Source: Balanoglossus misakiensis | Taxonomy: Eukaryota > Animalia > Hemichordata | DNA length: 64,000 bases | Assembly (NCBI GenBank): GCA_040954595.2 | Contig: CM082584.2 | Span: 9,691,061 to 9,755,060, forward strand | Reading direction: 5' to 3' | Shown: piece by piece, positions 50,470 through 64,000 of the stretch | Numbering within the stretch: the first letter of the stretch is position 1 | Layout of the letters: every line of letters starts with the position of its first letter | Notes under the pieces: generated by a model | The model's database searches: none | What the model was told of the DNA's origin: nothing | The model's input: the letters and a program-made list of their open reading frames with translations, nothing else | Program-made: the position numbers and the translations under genes

Positions 50470-51558
50470 ATGGCCGATGTCTGGCTGAAATTGTCGAAAG
50501 TCTTGATCCTAAAGATGGTGAGCTCGCACGTTCTGTTCATTATACTGACGTTCTTTGTATTGAGCGCCATTTTGATGGTAAATTTGCTCAACTCTGGTCC
50601 GGCAAGCAATCTAGACAATGAAAATGACATTTACGCGAGCAGGCATGGGCTGACAAGAGGGATCAAAGCATGGAAAGACCCCAGACGGTCTGTGGTCACC
50701 GACAAGACCCCGTATTGGAACATAGAAGATCTGGACAGCATTGGTACGAAAGCCCCAAAATGTAAACAAAACGTCCTGCTCCTTGTATTGGTTACATCGG
50801 CACCCGGTCATTTCGATCGAAGGCTTGCTATACGGAACACTTGGGCAAAAGATAAGAGTGACATCAACGGAAACGCAAACACAACTTGGAAAACCGTGTT
50901 TCTAATAGGGAAAGGCCAGGACTTTGTCGTTGATCGAAAACTAGAAAATGAATTTTACGAGCACGGCGACATCCTCTTGGGTGATTACGTCGATACGTAC
51001 CGTAACCTGACGCTCAAAGTTCAACACGGACTGAAATGGGCCTCCGACAACTGTCAACCGCAGTATCTGTTGAAGACAGATGACGACTGTTTTGTGAGCA
51101 CTAAATTTTTCACCCAGTTTCTGAGCGATCACAACCAAATAAAGACAGGGTTGTACGCCGGAAGCATGTTTAACAACAGAGAGGTGATTCGGAGCCGGTT
51201 CAGTAAGTGGTACGTCTCCACAGAAGATTTCCCGTTGTCCGTGTACCCGGAATACGCCAGCGGAACCGGCTACATACTCTCCGGTGACGTCTTGCGGGGC
51301 ATCGTCAACGTTGCCAGCGAGGAGAAAGCGTTTCCGGTCGAAGATGCCTACACAGGCGTGTTGATGAACAAGATAGGCGCAAAACTTTTGAACACTGGTC
51401 GGTTTACCACGCTTAACTACAAATGGAGGGTTTGTAACTACTTGTACTTTCTCGTCATTCATGGCATAACGCCCGAACAGCAATATCTAGCGCTAAAATA
51501 TACCGACGACGCTCTTCAGAAGTGTCCTGGTCAGTCACCGTCAACCACATGGAACTGA
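50470..51558 (+). CDS. Beta-1,3-galactosyltransferase-like (GT31, B3GALT/B3GNT family), single coding exon; start at 50470 or 50515
   Basis: Type II TM followed by LLVLVTSAPGHFDRRLAIRNTW, VFLIG, EHGDILLGDYVDTYRNLTLK, YLLKTDDDCFV (DxD), YPEYASGTGYILS, EDAYTG, VIHG. Confidence 0.93.
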   Translation: MADVWLKLSKVLILKMVSSHVLFIILTFFVLSAILMVNLLNSGPASNLDNENDIYASRHGLTRGIKAWKDPRRSVVTDKTPYWNIEDLDSIGTKAPKCKQNVLLLVLVTSAPGHFDRRLAIRNTWAKDKSDINGNANTTWKTVFLIGKGQDFVVDRKLENEFYEHGDILLGDYVDTYRNLTLKVQHGLKWASDNCQPQYLLKTDDDCFVSTKFFTQFLSDHNQIKTGLYAGSMFNNREVIRSRFSKWYVSTEDFPLSVYPEYASGTGYILSGDVLRGIVNVASEEKAFPVEDAYTGVLMNKIGAKLLNTGRFTTLNYKWRVCNYLYFLVIHGITPEQQYLALKYTDDALQKCPGQSPSTTWN

Positions 51559-54500
51559 GATGTTACAGAGAGCGTTACTATATAAAATTGTAGTCAATGC
51601 TACTACAATGCATACTAAAGAAATGTATAGGTTCTATTTTCATACAGTAGTTGTACATAGTTTTTTCCCGATGATCCTTCCAGTCAGTTGGAGATACGCA
51701 TCTCTCATTCAGCTTGGGCAGCAAGCAATCAGAATATGGATATTTTGTTTAGTCTTGCATTTTAAAGCAAGTGCATGTTACGTACGGATCAATGCAAAAC
51801 AGTGAAAACTTGTGTGTTGGTAAAAGTTTTAATGAGATAGTGGTTCCGGTCAAGTTTAGTCCTTCATTATACCAAATCTGCATCCATTCATACGCTATAT
51901 AAACTGGGGAAAGTTTCTGGCATATGCAGCAAATATATTTTCCATTTGGTGTACTTAAACTTAAAGTCGCATTTAAACCAACATTTTTTAGACAACGTCA
52001 TTATTTCCAAGTGAAAATGCCAGTGGCGGAAAGCAATTTTGTATCAGAGATTTTCTTGTGCCATGTTATTTTATCCAGCAGAATGGATGCTTGGGAAAGT
52101 GGGCTCATAGATATTGACCAGAACAACTATAAAAAGCATTTGACTTTTATGTTACGTAAACTAACTTCCATTTACTCTGGTATACAGTATAACATATTCA
52201 CGAAAATGTGATTTTAGTTCAACTGAATGTTTTCACCATTGATACAGTGCCTTTTCTATGGCACAAATGGACATGTGAAAACTTTTAAGGGAAAATGTCT
52301 TTAGTATGTTGTTTGAAGGCATTAAAGGTACACCGTCACCAGGACACACTTATTTTAAATGTGTGAAAATCTGAGGTGGTGGTATACCTTTAAGCCATGT
52401 ATAGATATATATTTCCTTGTAATCGATCTATGCTTTAAGTTCAAGGTCACTTGGGTGAAGTTCAATAGAACTATCCTCAATAGTTCACTGAGCTTTTCAG
52501 TACCATGGAAAATGACCTGGCTCAAAAACGATCTTGCAATTTTCCCTAAAGTTTTTAGATGCGGCACATTGTAAAAGAAGGTCCATTGTATTGCTTTTTT
52601 AAACGAATATTTTCAAGTGACTGGAAGTTCTGATTGCCGAGTTTTCAGTTAGAACTTGCCAGTTCTGATAGGAATTTACTGTGTGTTCTACATATATATA
52701 GTGCCAAGGTAAATGCGCATTTGAAAATGCCTTTTTGTAAACCCATACTGGAGCTAATAATGCCATAGCAATGCAAACGTACTGGTATTGAGTGACCCAT
52801 TCGCAATATCATAAAATGTCATATGCTTTAGCTGGGGAAATGTTATAATGATCTTTTTCTCCCCGCTTCAAAGCATTTGAACAGACCTGGTACTCGTGTG
52901 GTCCAAGCATGCCACCGCTGTAGTATTCAAATTAGGGTTTAAAGTCTTAAGTGATCTGCGACCTGCCCATGGAAAATTCCAAAGGTATTTCCGGGGAAGT
53001 GCCTACTCCAGTAAGCCCGTTTATTGGATGATACTTGTCTGGCTTACTTTCATGAAGTATAATTTACTGCTTTAGTAAAATAGAACACTAACTTGCAAAG
53101 TGGAACTTCACTGGCAGCCTAAATGGACCAGAAAGCAATGCATTTTCACGTGGTTAGGGAAAAACGTTGCCTGCCATTGCAAAATATTTACCGTTTGTAG
53201 AGAAGTTCATTTAGCTCTGTGTGAGATACTCTGTGACATCGGCACTGCGGTGGTTAAACAGTGCATCGGACATTTTACATAAATTACAATTTTTTGCCAT
53301 TTCAATGCAAACACCGTTATGGTGGTGGGAGAGAGAGAAGAGAGATATTTTGTCTTTATTTTTAAAATTGTTTAAACAGCAATAATGCATTGTTGACAGA
53401 TTGAGTTTATTAGGTAGGTTAGTGCCCGTTTATTGGGCTGTAATTAGTAAAAATTAAAAGTAGACTAGAAGTGTATATATTGTACGTTATCCCAGTTTCT
53501 GTGAGATGTAGATTTTGTGACAGTTCTGGGATTTTCATTTCACTCACAAACTTGTACCAACATGGTGTTACTGTACCGCACAAATCCGGGGTTCACTGAT
53601 TTCTGATTTTGATGAGTTTCACTGTCAAACAGTGTTTAAATTGAAAGTATTTACCAAGAAGCTCAAGTTTAATGGTGAACATTAATCTACATAGATGTGA
53701 AACATAGGATGGTAGTATGAGCATTGGATTTTTTTCCGAGAAAGCAAAGGAGTTTCATTTTGGTGACAAGTTTGTGAGTTTTGAGACTTTTTGTGCCAGT
53801 TTAGTGTCTGAGTCTCTTCCATACCCCGCCAGTCTGGCCATAAAAGTTCAGACAGTCTCTGAGAAAGACATGCTATAGTATGGCAAATTAGGTCAGGCAT
53901 TCACGGCATGGCCCTTTCGGGTTTGAGGTTTCACTCGGTGAATGGCTTAAAGAAGGAGCGCTTCATTACATGCATAGGCACATGACTGCTGGGCTTTGTG
54001 GTCGCAGACTTGGCGGTCGGAGTTACATAATCTTTCATGCATTGTCGGTTTTAACTCATTATCTGAAACTACTTGTATACATGTCTATGTTAGTTACAGG
54101 AGTAACACAAATGATGATAGATTCACTGTGGCAGACTTGTCTCATCTAAAACACTGTTCACAAAAGTCTGGGTGACCCATTCAATGTGTATTGTACACCC
54201 AGTGACCTCTTCCATTTGCATTCACAGTCAGACTTTTAAATACCATAAAGTCCGATTTGATGTTGGTTTTACTTGCTGTGTCACACAGTGAGTGGACATA
54301 TAACTATCAATTTCAGAGAAAGTTAGAAAGATTTCAAAACTGAGTTTTCAACTAGACAATGCAAGTCTGATCACCTTCCAATTCGTAATATCAGTCATTT
54401 TCATGAATTCACATTATATTAAATATTTCTCACATTTCAGACACCTTCACTTCATACCTTCATTTATCACACATTTACACTTCTTGTGGTAGTGCTTGAT

Positions 54501-54876
54501 TTTTTGGAAGTTAAATATATCACGTCAAAAGTTATTGTTGTATTCTGAGTTTCCAATTTGTGGTAGAGACATGTAATTTATTCAATTTGTGCATTGTGGT
54601 AGCACTGTAACTTCTAAGTAGTGTGTGTGGCGGTGTTGAGAAAGTGTGTTTTCAGACATGGTAACTTTTCAGCCCCCCCCCCCCAAAAAAAAAAAAGTTT
54701 TAAAGCCCTCAAAGTGAAATTTTCACAACTGCCAATCTTATTTTTGACTTTAAATTTTTTTTGGTGTGGGGGGGGGGGTGACCACATGAACAAATTTTGA
54801 AAGATAGTTTACTTGTATTACTGTTACTGTTTGTATATGCACAATAGTACGCACATATTATGTATCGAGAGCGATG

Positions 54877-54973
54877 TTTAATCCCTTCACCCCCATTTTC
54901 CTGTAAATGCCGCTAACCGTACCATAGAATACAATGGTACTGTACCAGATTTACGGTGGATGAAAGGATTAAA
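54877..54973. mobile_element. Short palindromic MITE-like element with TTAA ends
   Basis: The left end TTTAATCCCTTCACCCCCA is near-complementary to the right end GGTGGATGAAAGGATTAAA. Internal inverted pairs: GTAAAT/ATTTAC and GTACCAT/ATGGTAC. Confidence 0.65.
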
Positions 54974-57762
54974 CAAGCAAGTCACATTTTATTTCTGAAA
55001 TAGTATCCTCGCCAATACTGCACAGAAATTACTTTTCAAGCGTGTTTTCTTTTTGACGTATAGTATTTATCAGATTTTAAATTGAGATATTTATTTGGTT
55101 TCAGAAGAGAAGTTGACTGAGCTGTTTCTCTCCAGATTTAAATCTGTGTATATGTAACAATGCCTTTCCTTTCAATAATGCCACCCAAAATAGCGAAAAA
55201 AGTCATTGCACCAGAAACGTTATTGTTCTTCGGACATATATGTCCATAGTTCATTCGGTTTTGCTGTTTTAAGACATCCAATTATTCATTCGTACAGAAT
55301 GGATGGCGAATTAAGACTCAACTGAGTTGGCACAGCTTTTTGGCTTGGGGAGAGAAAGTTTTAGGCAGTTACCATGACAACTCACGGCATGTGAGAATTT
55401 TGAAATATTCTACATCTCGCAGGTTTGGAAGTTTAAAGCATATATGTATTTATTTGCAGTTTTTTTGAGAGAGAGAAGTTTGAAAAAGACTTGTCCAGGA
55501 AGAGAAAATCAAATAAATTTGAAAGTGAACTTGTGTTGGACTTTTCTACAAGTGATGTATTAGTAAACATTGGAAATGTAAGATTGTTAAATTGATGTAT
55601 TGAGATAAAAGATGAGTCGGAAGAAGAAATAAATGATACACGTACAAGTAAAATTATTTTGGTGAATATTGTGATTTGTTACTAAGGGATAAGTATTTTG
55701 GTCATAGGAGTTACATGTACAAATATCACAGTTACACATTGGGTATTGTGGGTCTTGAAGCTGAACATACAGTTTTATGTAATTCCTAGACTTATTGGTT
55801 AGTGAAAATTACCGGTACCTCGTGGAAGAATTCACATGTTATACCCACGTGCAGAAAGTGGGTTGAGTCGCAATGACTGATGATTTACATAATAGGAGAA
55901 TGCGCAAATTTGTTGACGAGACAGCAAAGAAAGTTCACTAGCCACAGTTCTTCTCCCACAGTTAACAAAATGTAAATATTGACTTCTAGCAGAGGAAGAC
56001 AATAGTCATCTGAACAATAGAAGGAAGGTACTGTCTGTGTTTGGACCCCTGCAGACTGGGTCCCCTCATAAACAATGCATGTCCACAACAATGTTTTATA
56101 ACAGTCACAATCAGCAACAAAATGCAAATGTGGTGTGGTGTCTCTCAGCGAACTTTCAACTCAATCCCAACTCTAATGGTCACTGGGTGTTTTGGTGAGA
56201 GACTCCTGCCCGAATGTAAATGCCATCGGTGTACGCGATACACTGACAATGCATGCAATGCTGGTCTCGCTTTAAAAACAAAACAAAGATGAACTTTGAT
56301 ACATGTATAGATTAAGCTTTCCACACAATATTATGTTGTGGATACATGTGGAAGATAGGACTTCAGATTGTCTGACCTCCATGGTCTGATAAAGTCTGAT
56401 GCTAAAGGCTCGGCCTGGGTTTGGGGGGGGGGGGGGGGGAGTAAGAAGAAAGATTGCAGATTCCTTGATTAATCACCGACCGTCTATTCTGTTTGTCACA
56501 CCTATGGTTCTGACAAACACTTTTGTTGAGAGCAAGTAGTGGGGTTGTTCGAAATACCCCTTAATGCTAATTGCGCTGCTATTCATAATTGTAAATAATC
56601 GCAGTTCCAACAATGCATGCCCAGAGTCCAGTGCATTGGAACTTTGACTGTCGACCCGAGAATCTCTTTCCAAGGTCCGTGTCCAAGGGTCTCGCAAGGT
56701 AATAGTCTATACTTTTGGCTCTGTTTAATTATTGTCTCAACGTGTATTATACTACAGTTTCTTTGTTCTACCTCCTATACCATGCCAACTTGATACAGGG
56801 TTCTAATTGCTAGGCAATGGTTGCTAAGGAGTACAATGTGTGTTCTGCAGAAGTTTAAAATGTAAATTAATTAACAAGAGTATTACTTTGGTTTTTTTTT
56901 CATTAATTAATTTTCTCCTCAGAAACAATAAAATGGATACGTGCAAATACTTAGTGATGTTGGCCTCGTAGTAGAACTGTCCTTAACTTCATTTAAAAAA
57001 AACGTAATCGTTTCCCAAGGAAACGCGGGCCAAAAAAAGGCCTTCAGCTGGACATATATTCATTTAAAAAATGCAGTGAATGGGATGCACTACAACGTCA
57101 ACATTCTTAAAGTGCTGATTGTACTGTTACTGTAAATGCCACTTGAATGCAAAGACCCAAGACTTTAGAAATAGCAGCTGTCTGTGACGGCCATAATTTA
57201 GAATGTCATTGCTTTTGTGCGGCGCACAGTGGAGTGAAAGGGTTTGAAAGAAACCGTCCAACATTGAAGAAGACTCCAAGGATTTCGGGTTGACAATCAC
57301 ATTTTTGGGGGTTGGGTGCGGTGTGGGGACTGTAATCTGCACCCTTGGTTTATCGACCCCCCATATATGTCGAGACATTGATGTGAAACCTTTGTTTTGT
57401 GCGAGCGTACCCTTTTCCAAGGACCGAATTGTACCTAAACGGCTCTGACAATGCCATGGACTTGCCGATCATTGATTGCTCTGTAGAACGGCCATTGTTG
57501 ATTATCGATTGTTTGCTCGCAGAATCAACCAAGACAATTCCTTGAGACTTCTTCCCCTCTTGATTCGTTGTTTGCATCTGTGAGGGGGCATATATGGATT
57601 TCAGGGCTGTGGAATGTCTTCTCTGACCAAATCTCTCCCCTTTGTCTCCACAGTGGTATCTTTCAAGTAGTTTAAGTTGGTGACAATTATGTTACATAAG
57701 CACTTAGTCCACACGAGTGCGGCGATATTAAGGTAGTACGTATGCGCCTCAAAAATCAGTCT

Positions 57763-57850
57763 TGAAAATCTGTGATTGGCTAAATCTCAACATTCTTGCG
57801 TCTTAATTAAATTACAAAGTCACATTGACTACACACAGCGACTGCATGGG
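57763..57850 (+). repeat. Dispersed repeat fragment, second copy at ~61114-61190
   Basis: TGAAAATCTGTGATTGGC-x3-ATCTCAAC occurs at 57763 and 61114, each followed by CTTAATT and ACTGCATG. Confidence 0.55.
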
Positions 57851-60800
57851 TCATAGCAAAGTTTGCACTAGTTGCATCACCCTCCCAATGTGACTTGATT
57901 TATATTCCCTGTGTGTGCAATCATGTATGGTTATTGTTTCATGGGAATGTCTGGGTTTCTTTGATCATGGTCTGGCCGACCTATGAACATTTTCGCCTTA
58001 ATGTGTGTATGAGATGAACAAAATAAGCTTTAATTTCTTACCTACCGATATTTTCCAACAGAAACAATGTCTTATCCTGCAATAAAAAAGACATAATTTA
58101 TGAGACTAAAAATCTTTTTTTTACACTGTTCAAATTTTCCCATAGGGCGTATTCCCACAAAAACATCTTTCTGGATTAAACAAAAATGAAACATTATACA
58201 ATGTTAACAGGATGTCTGCAGGAGAATGGTGCTTTTGTTTCATCAGACGATATTCATGACATAAATTTCCAAATGAAAATAAACTCGTTTCCCAAAATAT
58301 CTGCTTGCTGATTTTGAAATCCTGAAAAATGTAACAGTCTCAAAGTTACTCCAGGAAAACATTCTCTACAAGACTGATAGTCATCATTGAAACCTCACAC
58401 TTCATGTAAACATTTGAAATTATTTTATTTATTCTGCCATTCGGTAGAAAACGTACAATTCTTTTTTTTAATTTATTTACATTAAAATTACAATATATGC
58501 AAAATTAAGTCATACACAGCAACAGGACAAATAATAACATATGGTTCATTTATTTTTTAAACGTTTAACAATTCATGAATCTGTACAAAAAATTGCTCAA
58601 ACTATTCTGCATTGTATATTTGCTCCAAAGTACAATAGGTTGACAGACAGCACCTTGTAAGGGGTCTTTAAACAAAAGCCAGTCACTTGTGGGAGTACGA
58701 CCTTCAGCTGCATATCTCCTATTTCCCCACAGAATTTGTGAAATTTACAAAAGAAATCTCGTTATTAGCTGCATCCATAGAAGGATTTTCGGGGATTTGT
58801 CATATCGTGATTTTTTATTATTTTTTTGGTGGGGGGGGGGGGGAAGTATTAGAACAGTGACAAGAATCACAAATGCACACGACAGAAAAATGAACAAAAT
58901 CTACTTCATTATGCAAGAAATTGTCCATGCATATAACATGAAGGATACTGGTCTGGGACCGATGAAAAGAAATCTGTACAATTCAAACAGACTGACGAAA
59001 ATCCCGAGAGACATGTCTGTTAGTTTTATGAGGTAACTCCTTCGGGGTCAGAATGACCCGACTGTGGTTTCACTGGTGTACACAAAACAAGTGATACTCT
59101 TGCATCAGAAAATGCTGAGAAAACAGCGACCGGTGGGTAGTAACTTTGAAAGGTCAGAGGTCGACACTGGTTTAAGGATTCAATCAAGGCAATTTCCCAC
59201 AATGCAATGCTACTGCCAGGCAGCTGTAACCAATCAACACCAAAGCTGAGTAGAGTCATGACAATTGACATGTTTGAAATAAACTTCCGAAATATCTTTA
59301 TGCTGTCAACCCAAGAATCATTTGATGATTTAAACATTCATATTTATTTTTAATAAAGTTGCGACATATAACATAACCACATGATCCCAGCTGCTATGTT
59401 GAGGGTAACTGTTTGAAGTGTCATATATGGTAACAACAGGGGAGCAGGCTGAAATTCCTGGAATTGCTAGTACCGGAAAATATTGCTCCTATTCCATGAA
59501 CACTGTTGTGATCTGCTTAATAAGAACTGCATAGTAACATATCGAAAAACGTACCATGGTTACTTAACATCAAATTTAGTACATGTCTAAATGGATTTTT
59601 TCTAATTAAACAGGTACCATCTGAAATTCAATGAGTTTGCAAGTACAAAATGTGAGACAGAGGAAGGTTGTCTCTTGAACCTGTGTGGGTAAATGTCGGT
59701 GGGTAAATCGTGGTTTATGCACTAGATGACTGAGTATATGGATCTCCACGGCAGAAATCAAATATCATCAGCAATATTTTTCATACTTTGTGAAGGAACT
59801 TTTGAAGGATATCATTGGCATTATATACTGCGGATGAACATTTTTAGTTTCTGAATACTCGAGATGAGGGCTATTCTCAAGATATAGAGCAATTCTGCTA
59901 TCAATTGCACACGTTTTGCTGAATAATGTCTATATGTTTTATGCAAGTGAAAGTTGTTGTGATAAATCTCCAAATTACTATTTTATGACCAAAAATTCAC
60001 AGGTTTTACTGAGATGGGTCACTCGTAATAAATATGGGTAAATGTGAGAAAGTTCAGTTCTGTCTGAATATCAACTGCAAGACTGCATCCAATAGTTAGT
60101 CTACTGTATAAATAATAGCATATTATGTGGTCATTCCTTTTACTAATGACAGAAAGCTGGCAACTAGCTGAACCTTATTCACATCACAGCGTTCTCAAGC
60201 AAGTTTTATGAAATGACCACCACACATCACTGCGTTATAGATGCTTCACTTCCATGCATGCCCAACAACAGTGGTTTCTGGCAAAACCATGTAACCACAA
60301 TAAAGACCTGAAGTGCCCATCAAAAATTGCATAACATACATTCCTCGGCAAATGCAGGTAAATCCGTACACTGGACAGTACTGTGGCAATAAACAGTCAC
60401 AAAATCCAGTGGTACAGCACTTAGTGGCAAACTCAATGCACTGTGTGGAAAATCTGCATAAAATTACAATAGACTGTATTGCAATATGGCAATTCTCATA
60501 AGGCACAAATTTGCACTGGAATTTGGTAGAATTACAGAAGCTCTCACATACCGCTATGTATGTGGATGTCATAGAATCACAAAAACTCCACATACAGCCA
60601 GCCATATGTGGGGATGTGGTGAAAGTATGAGAAGCTGCTATGGAGGGAGCCGTAAATGTTATTTTTTTGTAGAGAACTGTGTGTCGACCATGTGGTAGAA
60701 CAATGTAAATACAACTACAGGGGTCATGATTGGTTGGGTGCCATGGAAGAAAAGACCCAAGACAAATGAACCCCTTGTACAGGACATGTGTGCGTTTAAC

Positions 60801-61994
60801 TTCATTGCATTATACGGTATAAACCACTGCCCAGAAAGAGTTGGCAGATGCACATAAACATTACAGATACTCAGACTTCTTGAGTGCTGGAATATGAACT
60901 ACTAAGTTGCAACACACTGCCTGTAAATTATACTGATTAAATGGTTCACAGGGAATGACACACAAACATGAATTACCAGTAACATCAAGACTTTCCCTTA
61001 AAGGAACATGAAGAATACCTCTAATAAACATATGCCCATGTATGGTTAAAGGGGCATATCAAAGACTTCCCATGACCATTTGGTGGTACACCTTTTCTGT
61101 GTGGCCACGCAAGTGAAAATCTGTGATTGGCGACATCTCAACTTTCTACAGTAACTGTGGCTTAATTTGCACAGGTGACAACTGCATGTTTGCCTTCTGT
61201 TGATTTCCCCCCGGGACTTAAAATCACAGACGGCAAGGGAGAAATGTTTTACTGTGATGAACGTTTTAAAAAATTAGAAATTTTGATTATTTACATTCCA
61301 AATACATGTGAATATTTCAAGGTTTAGTAATTCCACACAAAGACAGCTATTTTCCGTGTGGTAATGGCAGTATAAAATTAAACTTGAGATTATTTCATTG
61401 GTATTTGATAAATGCTTTGCATAATAACACAGCCACCGCAAACCCTTCGACACCCCTGCATACAGTAAACTAGGCTGCAAGAATCCCTACAACACAATAC
61501 AACCGCATGAAGAACTACAAAGGATTGGGGGGAGGGGGAACTGGCTGACCGATCTCTCGCCAAGGCACAATATAGGTAAACAAAGCGTATAATGTTCAAT
61601 TCTTAAATCTGAAAATAAATTGCTCTCTTCTCTTGGATATGCTTGCTTTTTAATTTGTTTATGTACATTATAATATTGGTGGATGTAAATACAAGTTTTC
61701 TGAAACGATATCAAGCACCGCATGATATTTGGAGATCGTGGCTAATTATATTACACACTATCTATGGCAGAAAATTACTAGTACGAGATGAACTTAACTT
61801 TAGCTCTTTCCACATATCAGACATTTTGTACAATGAGGACTTATAGTGATCCTGCTTTGTATGTTGATTTTTTTTTATCATGCACCCGTGGTTACAACTC
61901 CAGTGTTGGTGCACATGTTTTTTTTTTTCACTGATAAAGTCATAGATTTAGAGCACCTGTTATTTGAGGGAAACAAACACACTCGTGTGTTGTT

Positions 61995-62827
61995 TCAATG
62001 TTTCTCTGCGTCATCCCAATTACTGAAGTCAAGAGAGAGTCTCGTTGTGGATGGGATGGAGCTGCAGGTACTGCCTCCGCTGCTCTGCAACGGATCGGGC
62101 GACCCCGTGGCATCGCGTCGCCGTCCTCCTCCTCCTCCTCCCCGGGGAATGTTAACGGTGCTTATCTCCGAGATTCTCTCCAGCTCCTCGTCGCACAGTG
62201 AGCTGAGACCCGAGTCCAGCCGCCGGCCTTTGCTCTGCAGCGGCAACTGGAACTCCTGTCCGAGCTTGCTGGTGTTGTTGTTGCCCGGGTCGCCGTCGCT
62301 GCCCGGCGTGCTGGTCTTCATCAAGTCCGTCGGCGTGAGAGTCAAATCCTTCGATCCGAAGCTCCTGTTCTGCTTGGATTTGCCTGCGCTGAAGTATCCG
62401 GACGTGGACAGGACCGACAAAGAATCGCCGGTCGAAGGACTGGACAGCCGTCTGCGCAGTAAAACCGGCGAGGCGGGCAGGGACTGGGATTTACGCCTGC
62501 CGTGACGGTACATCTCTTCCAAATTGGTCATGATCTCCTCCGGGAACACCGGCGAAGATGGAGGCGTGGCAGGAGAGGCTATCGTGATGGCTGTGCTGCC
62601 ATCCGCCTCTCCCTGGCTGACCAATTTTGTCCGGCCTCCCTTCAGTTGCGGAGTGTCAAAAGGATTGACCCGGCTCGGCGGTGATGAGGTAATCATTCTG
62701 TGACCGGCAAAGCCGTGTCTGTCAGAGTTACTCCGAATGAGAGAAAACGGTGATCTCGGCTCGATAGGGGACAGTGGAGGGGATGGTGTTCCCGATGCAG
62801 ACTTGGCCCTCTTATGTCCCTTGAATG
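61995..62827 (-). CDS. Terminal coding exon of a gene extending beyond the window; Ser/Pro-rich tail, probably a TESK (testis-specific kinase/Cdi) family kinase
   Basis: Strong acceptor (TTTTGTTTTATTTAG) at 62828 and a GC-rich open frame to TGA at 61995. RRKSQSLPASPVLLRRR resembles the TESK 14-3-3 site (RRCRSLPSSPELPRR). An AT-rich stretch with AATAAA near 58.4-58.6 kb fits a long 3' UTR. The kinase domain is not in the window. Confidence 0.5.
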
Positions 62828-64000
62828 CTAAATAAAACAAAACAAAACAAAACCAAAAAAAAAAATCATCACTTTTCCAAGATATGTACAAAGTCCTAGT
62901 ACATGTATTCATTCTGTATCCATGCATTTATTCTATGAACGCGACTAATCCTACTGGATGGATTCCATCATGCAACTGGTGGTGAACCAATGAGGTTTCA
63001 TGGTCTTGATAATTTGGTGGCGGTTCACGGCATATCGGTGGTTGTGGGTCAGTCACACAACAGTCAAGAGTGCCATGCAATGATGCAGTTGATAAACTAA
63101 CTACTGACAAATTATCAAATTATGATTCGATTTAAAAATACTGAACGAAACATACAGTGATTGTAGAGTGTGTGTATACTTTTGCATTGTGGTCAGGGGC
63201 GGACATATTTGTCTACCGCGCTTAAAATAAATTGCAGCATAAATTATATTGTTTGTAAGCAAATCCCTTCACACGTAGCAGAGAGCCACAAATCAACAGC
63301 AGACCGTCAGCCGAGACATTGCTTCAATTGAGTAATTCCAAATTGATGAATTTCTTACATGAATTGCATTAACATGGGATTAACTCATAATACTACTGAC
63401 GTCAGCCATTGTTTAACCACATATGGTAATTGTCCTTGTGATAGCATGGAGTATGGTATATCATGCAGCCATTCTCTCTTCATTGCCAAAAAAAAGTAGA
63501 ATTTCTTGTTCTTCCATGATACGTTCACAGTACATTTTGCCAAGGTAATTATGATGAATTTTAGGCCTGTTTGCATCACAGAGAAATCACAAAAGTGTCA
63601 AACTGGCAACCACCTTTTTGTAAACTCTCATTGTGTGTGCTATATTTAACACATTTAATACCAAAATGATATAACTCAATAATTATTTCCTTTATGTTTT
63701 GTTCCAGCTGTTACTTGATGCTGAACAAGAGCTGACTGTGCAAAAATCCAACTGACGTCACCCACAGCCCATAACGAGGTCAACAAAACATCCCACAATA
63801 TGCTACAACTGATTTTATTCCCTCCAGATTGAATCTGTTTAATTCAATGAAATATGATGCATAACTGTTGCGGATAAAAGCAGAAACACAAAGAATTGCC
63901 CCCACTTAATGTTCGCACGCAAAACAGACTTGTGTGAAGGTTAATAGCCTTTAATGGACTGAATTGAATGGCCTTAAACTCTCTGTGACAACTGACTGGA

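Noticed and set aside
51560-61990. Short ORFs in the 10-kb interval between the GT31 and TESK-like genes
   Set aside because: AT-rich with no domains or coherent exon chain; it looks like long 3' UTRs and intergenic DNA with repeat fragments.
61846-62505. 219-aa plus-strand ORF with a poly-Pro run
   Set aside because: Antisense shadow of the minus-strand terminal exon, which has the clear splice acceptor; its start is non-ATG.

Overview
Gene-dense, intron-containing animal genomic DNA. It is most consistent with an invertebrate deuterostome such as a hemichordate, echinoderm or amphioxus; this is inferred from FREM1, duplicated ST8Sia-like sialyltransferases, spliced NADAR genes and a DED-STAND-TPR gene. 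Gene models were built by hand from GT-AG junctions with phase checks. Gene order: LMBRD2(-), REXO2(+), SKP2(-), NADAR-1(+), NADAR-2(+), FREM1(-), DED-NB-ARC-TPR NLR-like gene(-), PLGRKT(+), type II EGF/C-type lectin(-), ST8Sia-like A(+), ST8Sia-like B(-), tRNA-Glu(UUC)(-), intronless GT31 beta-1,3-galactosyltransferase(+), and the last exon of a probable TESK-family kinase(-). The most interesting items are: (1) a complete ~913-aa DED-NB-ARC-TPR receptor; (2) a tandem pair of spliced NADAR hydrolases with acidic tails, the first sharing a cell-cycle-type promoter with SKP2; (3) two convergent ST8Sia-like genes that both lack the canonical catalytic His of sialylmotif VS, lying next to a lectin and a galactosyltransferase. 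All identifications rest on motif recognition; no database searches were run.
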